Virus record (IMG/VR): IMGVR_UViG_3300033149_006612
Location: 16,183-80,182 of that record
From: a virus
DNA length: 64,000 nt
Reading direction: 5' to 3' (one strand)
The notes under the pieces were generated by a model, which had not been told where the DNA came from, did no database searches, and saw nothing but the letters and a program-made list of their open reading frames with translations. The translations under genes and the position numbers were made by a program. Of this stretch, positions 27,357 to 35,459 are shown one piece after another (positions within the stretch are counted from its first letter, which is position 1; the number at the start of each line of letters is the position of its first letter).

Positions 27357-27425
27357 GCCGAAATGCCGGGGGACCTCCCCCGGCATCTGCCGGAGATGAC
27401 CTCCCGGCACTGATGAGGCAGGTCA
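27357..27425 (+). ncRNA. Hammerhead ribozyme, type II with pseudoknot (HHR4)
   Basis: GCC-GAAA, stem III TGCCGGGGG/CCCCCGGCA, ATC (cut after 27387), stem I TGCCGG/CCGGCA, CTGATGA 27410-27416, GGC, 3' AGGTCA pairs with loop I TGACCT. Confidence 0.93.
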
Positions 27426-27457
27426 AATAATTCACCAAATCAGAAAGGAGAAAACAG

Positions 27458-27652
27458 ATGAAGGAAACGGGCATAGACGGAAACTGCCCCAGCTGGCCCG
27501 GTGCCAGCGAAGTTTACTCCAAGGCATACCGCTATATGGAGAAACATGGAGCAGACCACGCATTAATCAAAGCCCTGGAAAAGGGTAATGAAGAGGAGGT
27601 CAAAGCAAATATGCTCAGGATAAACACCGAATCGCTCCTGAGCATGGAATGA
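27458..27652 (+). CDS. Small early hypothetical protein
   Basis: AAAGGAG RBS; follows HHR4. Confidence 0.7.
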   Translation: MKETGIDGNCPSWPGASEVYSKAYRYMEKHGADHALIKALEKGNEEEVKANMLRINTESLLSME

Positions 27653-27687
27653 AAGCCAATTAATAATCGTGAATCTGTTACCTATTA

Positions 27688-27713
27688 GTGCGCCGGGGGT
27701 GCCCCCGGCGCAC
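27688..27713. repeat. Perfect 12-bp inverted repeat (GC hairpin)
   Basis: GTGCGCCGGGGG-TG-CCCCCGGCGCAC; no U-tract. Confidence 0.85.
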
Positions 27714-27742
27714 AGGAGAAACGCACACACAGGAGGAACACG

Positions 27743-28861
27743 ATGGACACCAGACAGAAAATTAAAAAGATATACACCACCCTTAACGATCAACTGGTAG
27801 AGAGGTCCGAAGTCCTACAAGGGTCGATAATAGCGATCCTTGCTCGGAAACACCTCTTCATGATCGGGCCTCCGGGTACGGCCAAATCACTCGGAATCGA
27901 GAAGTTCTGCGAGTCAATCTCCGGCATGACATACTTCGAGGAACTGATGACCCAGCAGACAAAGCCCGAGGACCTCTTCGGTCCGATCAAAGTCTCAGCG
28001 TATAGAGAAGATCGATATGAGCGGAACGTCGAAGGATTCCTACCGACTGCCGACATCGCCTTTCTCGACGAGATCTTTAAGGCCGGTGGACCAAATCTTA
28101 ATCCGCTGCTGAGGCTGACGGATGAAACGCGCAAATTCCGGAACGGCAAACCCCAGATGGAGCGATGTCCGCTGAACAGCCTGTTTGCCGCCAGTAATGA
28201 ATTCCCCGAGAACGCAGCCGAACTCAGCGCTCTTTGGGACCGGCTGCTACTCCGATATGTGGTGGACGACATCGTCGATGATTCCAACTTCGAAGCCATG
28301 ATGGCCTTGGAGGAAATCAAAATCGAGCACACCATCACCAAGGAGGAGCTCCGGCAAGCCCAGGAGGAGGTCGACCGGGTAAAGATCACACCAGAAATCA
28401 TCCATGTGCTGACCGAACTCCGCTCGAAGCTCCGGAAGGAAGGATATATATTTTCTCCCCGGAGATGGCGGGAGTCAAAGCAGGTCCTCAGGGCTCATGC
28501 CTGGTTCCACGGCCGGGACGAGGTCTCCGAGGATGATCTTGAAATCCTGGCCGCGGTCCTCTGGGACAGGCCCGAGCAACGGCGCGAGGTACTTCGCATC
28601 TTGATGTCCACCACCAATCCCGACACTGCCACAGCCCTAGCGTTGTTCGACGACATCCAAGAGATCATTGATGACATCGAAAAGCAGCCGGACGAATCGG
28701 CCAAACTCGCTGCCAGTCAGGAGGCCGTAGTCAAACTCCGGGATATGATCCCGCTGTTTGACAACTTCCGGCCCCACGCTAAGATTTTTGAATTAAAAAA
28801 TCAGGCCATAGAGATGCAACGTGCCGTCGTCCGGAGGTATTTCGGAATTAACATTAACTGA
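27743..28861 (+). CDS. MoxR/RavA-family AAA+ ATPase
   Basis: GPPGTAKS, EDLFGP, GFLPTADIAFLDEIFKA, ASNEFP, ALWDRL, SPRRW. Confidence 0.9.
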   Translation: MDTRQKIKKIYTTLNDQLVERSEVLQGSIIAILARKHLFMIGPPGTAKSLGIEKFCESISGMTYFEELMTQQTKPEDLFGPIKVSAYREDRYERNVEGFLPTADIAFLDEIFKAGGPNLNPLLRLTDETRKFRNGKPQMERCPLNSLFAASNEFPENAAELSALWDRLLLRYVVDDIVDDSNFEAMMALEEIKIEHTITKEELRQAQEEVDRVKITPEIIHVLTELRSKLRKEGYIFSPRRWRESKQVLRAHAWFHGRDEVSEDDLEILAAVLWDRPEQRREVLRILMSTTNPDTATALALFDDIQEIIDDIEKQPDESAKLAASQEAVVKLRDMIPLFDNFRPHAKIFELKNQAIEMQRAVVRRYFGININ

Positions 28862-28871
28862 GGAGGCAGTC

Positions 28872-30308
28872 ATGTTCGTAACCAATGTTGACGCATTCGA
28901 CCGGAGGACATTCGAGGACATCGCTCCCCGGTCCAGCAAGGTGGAGGACATCCGGTCCTCCGCCGAATATTCCGAATACGGAGACCTGCTAGAGGATCTC
29001 ATGGTTGACGGCTTCGGCTCCCTGTACAAATACGCCCCCCGGGTTCTGGAAGACGTCCCACCGGAACGGATTCTCTCCAAGCGGGTCATTGAACAGTGGC
29101 AACAGTTACCGGAATGGCAGCAGTTCCGGAAGTTCACCGTAGGTGACGAGATCGTCAGTATGGGAGCCGTAGACGCCGTGTACCGGGTGTTCAAGGAGAT
29201 GCCGGTCGAGGTTAAACGACGCCAACGGGAACTCCAGGACTTCTCGGATCGGCTGACCGAAATGTTGAATTCCGACGATACTGATTTTGGTAGTGACGAA
29301 TTCAAGGATGCGGTAACCGACATGGTCGAAGCCGGTAATAGGGTGGATCAAGCCCTGGATGCCGACGAGGACCGGATACGAAAATTGTGCCGGGTGGCAC
29401 TTCGAGAGGCCGCGGATGAGGCAGAGATCGAGGGAAAGGCAATGCTGGCACTCGGTTTTGATGACTCTACCGGGGAACTTAACGGTTCCCACAAGGACGA
29501 TCGAATCAAAATAGCCAGCATGCTGCAGAACAATCCCAAGCTTCGAGAAATCGTTAAACTCGCCGGTCGATTCTGCTATGTGGCGGATAAAAAGCAGCGG
29601 GAGAAATCCGAATACGCCCGGTCCCAGGTATCCGGTATTGAATTCGGAGACGACCTGCAGCGGGTAACCCCCTCCGATATGGCCCTCCTGTCCGATAAAG
29701 ACTTAGAGGAATTGTTCTGGCTGAAGTACATCGAATCAGGACTCCAGCTCTACAAGATCACCGGCACCGAGACCCTAGGTAAAGGACCCGTCGTGATAAT
29801 GGTCGACTGTTCCGGTAGTATGGCGGGTCAGAAGGATATATGGGCAAAAGCCATGGCCCTAGCGGGTTATTCCATAGCCCGGAAGCAAAACCGGGACTTC
29901 GCCTTTCTGTTATACAACACCGAGGTCAGGAAACAGATCTACCTTAAATCCGGCACCGGCAAACGGAACATGACCGGTCTGGCCGAGATTCTATCATCCG
30001 GCGTCGGCGGTGGTACCGATTTCGAAGTTCCCATCACATACGCCATGCGGGAGGTCCTAACCAGGTCCGAATTTACCAAGGCCGACATCATCTTCATCTC
30101 GGACGGTTACTACATGATCGGTGACGACTGGTTCCGGGATTATCAAACCCGAAAGGACGGTATGGAATTCGCGTTCTGGGGAATTCAAATCGGCCCCAGG
30201 CTGAGAGGTATGGACGCGTTGGATAGACTGAGCGACGACGTGGTTTACCTGGACGGTGACATCCTGGCCAATCAGGACCGGGCTTTTGACATGGCCTTTA
30301 CCATCTAA
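28872..30308 (+). CDS. VWA-domain protein (ViaA-like partner of the AAA+ ATPase)
   Basis: KGPVVIMVDCSGSM MIDAS motif, GGGTDF, ADIIFISDG; GAGGAGG RBS before 28872. Confidence 0.9.
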   Translation: MFVTNVDAFDRRTFEDIAPRSSKVEDIRSSAEYSEYGDLLEDLMVDGFGSLYKYAPRVLEDVPPERILSKRVIEQWQQLPEWQQFRKFTVGDEIVSMGAVDAVYRVFKEMPVEVKRRQRELQDFSDRLTEMLNSDDTDFGSDEFKDAVTDMVEAGNRVDQALDADEDRIRKLCRVALREAADEAEIEGKAMLALGFDDSTGELNGSHKDDRIKIASMLQNNPKLREIVKLAGRFCYVADKKQREKSEYARSQVSGIEFGDDLQRVTPSDMALLSDKDLEELFWLKYIESGLQLYKITGTETLGKGPVVIMVDCSGSMAGQKDIWAKAMALAGYSIARKQNRDFAFLLYNTEVRKQIYLKSGTGKRNMTGLAEILSSGVGGGTDFEVPITYAMREVLTRSEFTKADIIFISDGYYMIGDDWFRDYQTRKDGMEFAFWGIQIGPRLRGMDALDRLSDDVVYLDGDILANQDRAFDMAFTI

Positions 30309-30400
30309 CCCGTCAATGAAAACAAATCTCAACCATGGAATCCGTTAATGAAGCCGGGGAAGGATGTCCCCGGCAAAGCCCATCATCGAGGAGAAAGACG

Positions 30401-31633
30401 ATGAAACAAAAAGAGGAAATCAAGCGAACAATCGCAGAACAGGCGAACGGCCTCCCCATACTGGGCCACCTGGTCTGGTGGACCGTCCACAAGGTGGAAA
30501 TCCCCAGACTGGACTTGGAAGACCTGCTCGCGAAGACCGTCGGCATTCAATACATGCCCACCGAGCACCGGAAGGCTAAAGCTCTCAAGAGGGGCTTAGA
30601 ATCGATGAGGGAAGCTGGCCTGCTGGACCTCATCCGTGATGACAAGGTCATGACGGCTTATCAGATCACCGATAAGATGATCGACGTCAAGGAGGTCAAG
30701 GCCGACTACCGCCGCAAGGCCGCGGTCCAATTCGTGAAGCGGGGAGACGGGGTCCCGATGGGTGGGGAAATCCGGGTATACGGTGATGTGGACAGGAAGG
30801 AGGTCCAAGAACGGTTGGACCACTACCTGCAGGTGTACACCGCCGATGACATCCGAATGATCCTCAAGGCATATGTCAGAGACAATGCCGGGATCAACCT
30901 GAATGAGAACGGCCTCCTCTACTTCGTCCCCGAGCCTGAGGTAGTTGACGTCATGAAGGTTTTCCTGGAAGCCGTCGGTGGTGACCTTGGGCTCTCCCCG
31001 GTTACCGACACCGAATACGTCAAGACCAACATGGTCACTCGGATTCGTGATGAACTGGAGGCCGAAATCGAATCGGCCGCCGAGGAGGTCAAGAGGATGA
31101 GCAGCAGCAAGTTCACCAGAGGACTGACCTTCAAAGCCCGGTTAAAGGAATTCGCCGCTCTCAAGAACAGATGTGAGACGTACAGCGAGCTACTGAAGTT
31201 GGATGCCGAGACCATGATTCAGAAGGTGTCCGAGCTCCAGGAATCGGTAGAGGATTCCCTAATGGGAATCCACGTGGATTACCCCCAGATGAAGGAGTTC
31301 CCCTATGGCACCCGGGTCAGATACACCGGCGACGCCCCTAAACTGCTCATCAACCTTAACGGCAGCACTACCGGAACGGTAATCGGGTATCTCAATTCCA
31401 AGACCGGGAAACAATACGTCAAAGTTCGGTTCGATACTAAAGATATCAAGGTCATCCGGCCGATTGCACCGGGCAACCTGGAGATCACCGAACGCGCCGT
31501 GGAAACCGATCTGACGGAGATGGATGAGGATCAATTGCTGGCCAGGTTCGAAGTCTCCCCCGGCTGGTACCAGATCCCCGGTCACACCAAAAAAGTCCGG
31601 AAGGCGGAAGCCGTTCAATTACTGAAAGCGTAA
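30401..31633 (+). CDS. Hypothetical protein (possibly DUF6744-like)
   Basis: LGHLVWW, G.LYFVP and coiled-coil C-terminal half; family recalled from memory only. Confidence 0.55.
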   Translation: MKQKEEIKRTIAEQANGLPILGHLVWWTVHKVEIPRLDLEDLLAKTVGIQYMPTEHRKAKALKRGLESMREAGLLDLIRDDKVMTAYQITDKMIDVKEVKADYRRKAAVQFVKRGDGVPMGGEIRVYGDVDRKEVQERLDHYLQVYTADDIRMILKAYVRDNAGINLNENGLLYFVPEPEVVDVMKVFLEAVGGDLGLSPVTDTEYVKTNMVTRIRDELEAEIESAAEEVKRMSSSKFTRGLTFKARLKEFAALKNRCETYSELLKLDAETMIQKVSELQESVEDSLMGIHVDYPQMKEFPYGTRVRYTGDAPKLLINLNGSTTGTVIGYLNSKTGKQYVKVRFDTKDIKVIRPIAPGNLEITERAVETDLTEMDEDQLLARFEVSPGWYQIPGHTKKVRKAEAVQLLKA

Positions 31634-31765
31634 AAGGGATGTGTTTCTTCCTGGTAATGCGGAGGAAGGTCGGTCGTCCAAGAGCGGCCGACCTTCCGAA
31701 TTCGTGGGAGCACAACGAAGAATCAAGGCCGCCTTTCCCTCCCAAGAGAAATCAAGGAGATCGAA

Positions 31766-31867
31766 ATGGAAATCGTAATCGCTACGTTAATAGCAACTGC
31801 AGTGGTAATACCGATCTGGGCATCGGTAAGCAAGATCAGAGACATTATGGAGGACATTAAACGTTAA
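31766..31867 (+). CDS. 33-aa single-pass membrane peptide
   Basis: AAGGAG RBS; MEIVIATLIATAVVIPIWASVSKIRDIMEDIKR; below the ORF-track cutoff. Confidence 0.65.
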   Translation: MEIVIATLIATAVVIPIWASVSKIRDIMEDIKR

Positions 31868-31873
31868 AAGAGA

Positions 31874-31901
31874 AAGAGGGGGGCGTCATGGCCCCCCTCT
31901 T
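31874..31901. terminator. Intrinsic terminator between the convergent early and late operons
   Basis: AAGAGGGGGGC-GTCATG-GCCCCCCTCTT; T-rich tail on the minus strand. Confidence 0.8.
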
Positions 31902-31902
31902 A

Positions 31903-32778
31903 CTAAAACAGCAGCTTTTTGATTAATCCCAAGTCCCAGCCGATCATGACGGCCACACCCGGTCCAAGCTTCCCGTCCCCCCCTAACACCATACCTCCAC
32001 CGACCATGACGTCCGGCACCACCCGCTCCCAGAATAGTTTCCTTTCATAGGATGAAATAAGCTCAGCCTGAACCCTGCTCTCAATCCGACCGGCCATAAA
32101 CGCGTCTTCCCAACCCCGGCTGGAGCTCTTCCACCGATCCTTCAATTTGACCATGTCCTTGAAGCTTCGATCCTTCAAAATCATCTCACGGGTTTGATTC
32201 TCAACGATCAGGTTGAGATCGGCTATCCTCCCCTGAAATAGACCGACCTGGTCACGGAGGTTGGTCGTTTCCTCCAACGAGAAGACGAAACCACGCATGG
32301 CCGGTTCATTCGCCCTATAGACGTCGTCGGTCACAGAATAGTTAACTTCGGACCCGGCCTGCTGTGGATACAGTTGAACTACCAAGGTTTCAGCCGTCCG
32401 GGCGAGGTCGTCCGGCATCATCTCCTCAACTTTTCCCACGGCATCTGCCAAGGCGGTCTGCAACCGGTTGACGTCCGTCTGTAGCCGTCGAATCCGGTCC
32501 AAGGCCCCCCTCCTTTCGGCCCGAAGACCGGCTATCACCTCCTCACGCGCAGCCAGATCAAGTATAAATCTCCTCTCGGCCTCCCCGGCTGCCCGCTTCT
32601 GCCGATCGGCCTCCTCTACCGCCGATCGGACCGCCTCCCGCTGCGCCTTCAATCTATCTTTCAGATCTGCTATCTGTCTGTCGGTGAAATATCTGACGGA
32701 GAAATAAGTCCCGGCCACGGCCAGGACCGCTCCCAGTATAAAGACCGACAGATAACCCCGAAATTGCTTGCTTACCAT
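31903..32778 (-). CDS. Putative spanin-like protein (N-terminal TM + coiled coil)
   Basis: N-terminal TM, long coiled coil, directly after the endolysin. Confidence 0.55.
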   Translation of the reverse strand: MVSKQFRGYLSVFILGAVLAVAGTYFSVRYFTDRQIADLKDRLKAQREAVRSAVEEADRQKRAAGEAERRFILDLAAREEVIAGLRAERRGALDRIRRLQTDVNRLQTALADAVGKVEEMMPDDLARTAETLVVQLYPQQAGSEVNYSVTDDVYRANEPAMRGFVFSLEETTNLRDQVGLFQGRIADLNLIVENQTREMILKDRSFKDMVKLKDRWKSSSRGWEDAFMAGRIESRVQAELISSYERKLFWERVVPDVMVGGGMVLGGDGKLGPGVAVMIGWDLGLIKKLLF

Positions 32779-33437
32779 TTAACCGTCTTCCAAAGCTTAA
32801 AGATCTTATGGACGTAATCCCGGTTTTCCCGGAACGCCTCCTCACCCCGGTTCGAGCACTCCTCCACACAGCCGAACCACATATCCCTTTCACAATGCCT
32901 CAGCCTGGGTTCATGACGTTTCCTCCCATCGAGCAACTGCTGATCCTTCCGAACCCAACCCAAACCCCCGTTGTAAGAGGAATAGACGAATGCCCAATGG
33001 TGATCTGTATCTGCCCCCACGGTTCTCTCCCATAACCACCTGTCATAGAGGATAATCGCCCGGATGGACCAGACCGGATTGAACCTCGGATCCGGATCTT
33101 CGAATCCCTGAAGGGAGGGGAACAGTTCGATGATCCAGTCCCGGGTCTTCGGCATAAACTGACCCAGGCCCGCTGCGCCGATACGGTTCTCGGCATCCGA
33201 CTTAAACCAGGATTCCTGTTGGATCTGAGGAGGAAATCTCGTGGTATCCACCTGCAAGCCCCAGTTGGTGTAGGCCTCGGCCTTAATGATCCGGGCATAC
33301 TTCCAATAATCTCTCGGAGGCTCTTCCTTGGCCTCAGGTTGCCCTATGGCTATTATATTCGCCACCCATGCGCTCAAGGCCAAGGAGAGTACCATCCTGC
33401 GTCCGGATGATATGTGTGAGATCGTAGATGTGGCCAT
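32772..33437 (-). CDS. Endolysin, SLT-type lytic transglycosylase
   Basis: QQES catalytic Glu, GAAGLGQFMPKT, YNGGLG, ENRDYV; hydrophobic N-terminus (signal or SAR). Confidence 0.88.
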   Translation of the reverse strand: MATSTISHISSGRRMVLSLALSAWVANIIAIGQPEAKEEPPRDYWKYARIIKAEAYTNWGLQVDTTRFPPQIQQESWFKSDAENRIGAAGLGQFMPKTRDWIIELFPSLQGFEDPDPRFNPVWSIRAIILYDRWLWERTVGADTDHHWAFVYSSYNGGLGWVRKDQQLLDGRKRHEPRLRHCERDMWFGCVEECSNRGEEAFRENRDYVHKIFKLWKTVKW

Positions 33438-33525
33438 CTTGTACCGTCCAGGATTCTACCGATACGCCTTCTACCCACTCCGGATGTTTCAGCGTCGGGT
33501 TTTGCGTGTTTTATGGTCCTATGTG

Positions 33526-33849
33526 TTAAGGTCCACCGATATTGGCCATAACTCCGAGGATTAAAGCCCCATAGATAAACGCCCTCAGTACACATACCCC
33601 GGCAATGATGACCGCATCCGGAAGGCTGTTATCGTCCCGTTCAATCATCGCCTTGACGTCTATATACCCGAATGCTGATTTCCACAGTATGTGTGCCAGC
33701 ACAAACGCCAACGTGCCGAGAAACAGCCTCCAGCCCCCGGCTAAAACCAGTCTGAAGTCGAAAAAGAAAATCGACGCAGCCAGGATCAGCCATACCGGCC
33801 AAAGCCTAATCAGTTCACGCTTTACCCTGTCAAGTAACTCCTTCACCAT
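33526..33849 (-). CDS. Putative holin
   Basis: About 107 aa with 3 TM segments, upstream of the endolysin. Confidence 0.7.
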   Translation of the reverse strand: MVKELLDRVKRELIRLWPVWLILAASIFFFDFRLVLAGGWRLFLGTLAFVLAHILWKSAFGYIDVKAMIERDDNSLPDAVIIAGVCVLRAFIYGALILGVMANIGGP

Positions 33850-33850
33850 C

Positions 33851-34189
33851 CTACTCTCCTTTTTCATGTCGAATAATGATTTCAATCCGCTGGCAGGATG
33901 CTGGAACGCTGACCACCACCTCTCGGCATCCGTCGTCCGGCGGTGACGGTTTTGATCCTTTAGGTTTTTTCGGCCGTTTTGGCTTCTTGGGTGGTTCCGG
34001 CATACCCAGAATCCCCCTGGCTTCGGCCATGGTACCTCCGAATTCATACCACTCCGGCTTAGCCACACCCCCGGTGCCGAGCCCGATCGGCATTCCTACT
34101 TTAAATTTAAACCGGTCATCATCCTTCAGGATGTCACCGTTACCCTCATAGACGATGTCTCCGTCGGAGCATCTGATCTTATACTTCAT
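33851..34189 (-). CDS. Hypothetical protein
   Basis: Strong RBS; Pro/Lys-rich linker. Confidence 0.65.
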   Translation of the reverse strand: MKYKIRCSDGDIVYEGNGDILKDDDRFKFKVGMPIGLGTGGVAKPEWYEFGGTMAEARGILGMPEPPKKPKRPKKPKGSKPSPPDDGCREVVVSVPASCQRIEIIIRHEKGE

Positions 34190-34240
34190 CTCCTTCTACC
34201 TCCTTGAGGCCTATTCGACCACAACATATAAAAGTTCAAA

Positions 34241-35452
34241 TCAGTCACCCCCCGTTACAATCGGTGTGGGTGGCGTTTTCCGTACCATGTTCTCAATCAT
34301 AAACGCCATGCGACGTCTTCTGACTTCTTCGATGGGTGCTTCCTCATCCGGCGTATCGATGAACGGTTCCTCATCCCCCTGCAGCAACAGTACCGTCGTA
34401 CCGCCGGAGCCGGGGCACGGACCCGCTTCATTCGTTATTCCACACCTTACCGACACCGACGTCGACGGTGTAAAATTACCTGTAATGCCACCGTCTCCGC
34501 CGTTTATAATGTGGACTTCGTCAACCTCTCCGATGAGAAAATTCCCCGGATCGTCAGCATCCTCGGCCCCCACCAGTACAGCGTTTGCACCCGTGTTGTT
34601 CGTCGTCCCTGCAAAGGTTCCGCTGTCCTCCGCTATACCGTCGATGTATAGCGTTACCGTATTATCGCCGGTCCGCACAACCGCGACATGGTGCCATTCA
34701 CCGTCTGCTATGTTCGTCGTCCCTGTAAGTTCAAACGCTGTCGTCGTTCCATCCGTCGAGGCTCTAAATACGGCCACGCCGTCTTCAATCACCAGTTCCC
34801 AGCCGAGATCGCCTGCCGTCCAATTCGTAATCAGTGCTCCGTCACCTTCGGTCTTACACCACAGCATGATCACAAAATCGCCGTCAAACTGAAAATCGGT
34901 TGACGGCGACGGCGTTACCTCTATATAGCTGGCACCGTCGAACACAATCGAACCGTCACCCGTCTTCGGCGTCGACGTGTTCTGGCTGACGGAGCCTGCC
35001 GAAGTATCGATCTCTTCCGGGGTAAACGAATCCGACGTATACCTCGCCGTTCCGTTTATGATCCGTGCCTGCGTTATCCATCCATCGATACCATAGTCAC
35101 CACCGGCACCGTCGAGATGGAACAGTCGAAGTAGCCCTGAGTAATCCCCGATAGACTGCGCACTTACTACCTCCGCTACTTTGTTCCCATCTATGTACAT
35201 CCGCCATGTATTCACGGATCTGGTCACCGCGAAGTGATACCATGTGTCCAGCGATACACCGGCTGACGTTTTACTTATTATCGACACCCCATCAACATAA
35301 AAATGCCACGCATCAGCCGAACTGTCATACATGCACCCCCACCAGTTGCCGGAGTCCTGCCGCTGGGTCCAGAAATAATTCTCATCATTACCGTTCCAGG
35401 CATTGAACCTCACGTAACATTCAATCGTGAAATCGCCGGATCCTCCGCCCAA
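34241..35452 (-). CDS. LamG-like (concanavalin A) domain tail protein, C-terminal part
   Basis: GDFTIEC..., WYHFAVTR, WHHVAVVR repeats; frame is open from 35506, probably continuous with the upstream ORF. Confidence 0.8.
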   Translation of the reverse strand: MGGGSGDFTIECYVRFNAWNGNDENYFWTQRQDSGNWWGCMYDSSADAWHFYVDGVSIISKTSAGVSLDTWYHFAVTRSVNTWRMYIDGNKVAEVVSAQSIGDYSGLLRLFHLDGAGGDYGIDGWITQARIINGTARYTSDSFTPEEIDTSAGSVSQNTSTPKTGDGSIVFDGASYIEVTPSPSTDFQFDGDFVIMLWCKTEGDGALITNWTAGDLGWELVIEDGVAVFRASTDGTTTAFELTGTTNIADGEWHHVAVVRTGDNTVTLYIDGIAEDSGTFAGTTNNTGANAVLVGAEDADDPGNFLIGEVDEVHIINGGDGGITGNFTPSTSVSVRCGITNEAGPCPGSGGTTVLLLQGDEEPFIDTPDEEAPIEEVRRRRMAFMIENMVRKTPPTPIVTGGD

Positions 35453-35459
35453 CTGCCAG

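Noticed and set aside
26485-27425. Repeats read as a CRISPR array or attC-like sites
   Set aside because: Spacers are whole ORFs of unequal length, repeats vary with compensatory changes around hammerhead cores, and no cas or integrase gene is present
30340-30400. TAATGAAGCC resembling the 5' part of a twister ribozyme
   Set aside because: No P2 partner, P4 or pseudoknot strands could be built; only a simple hairpin follows
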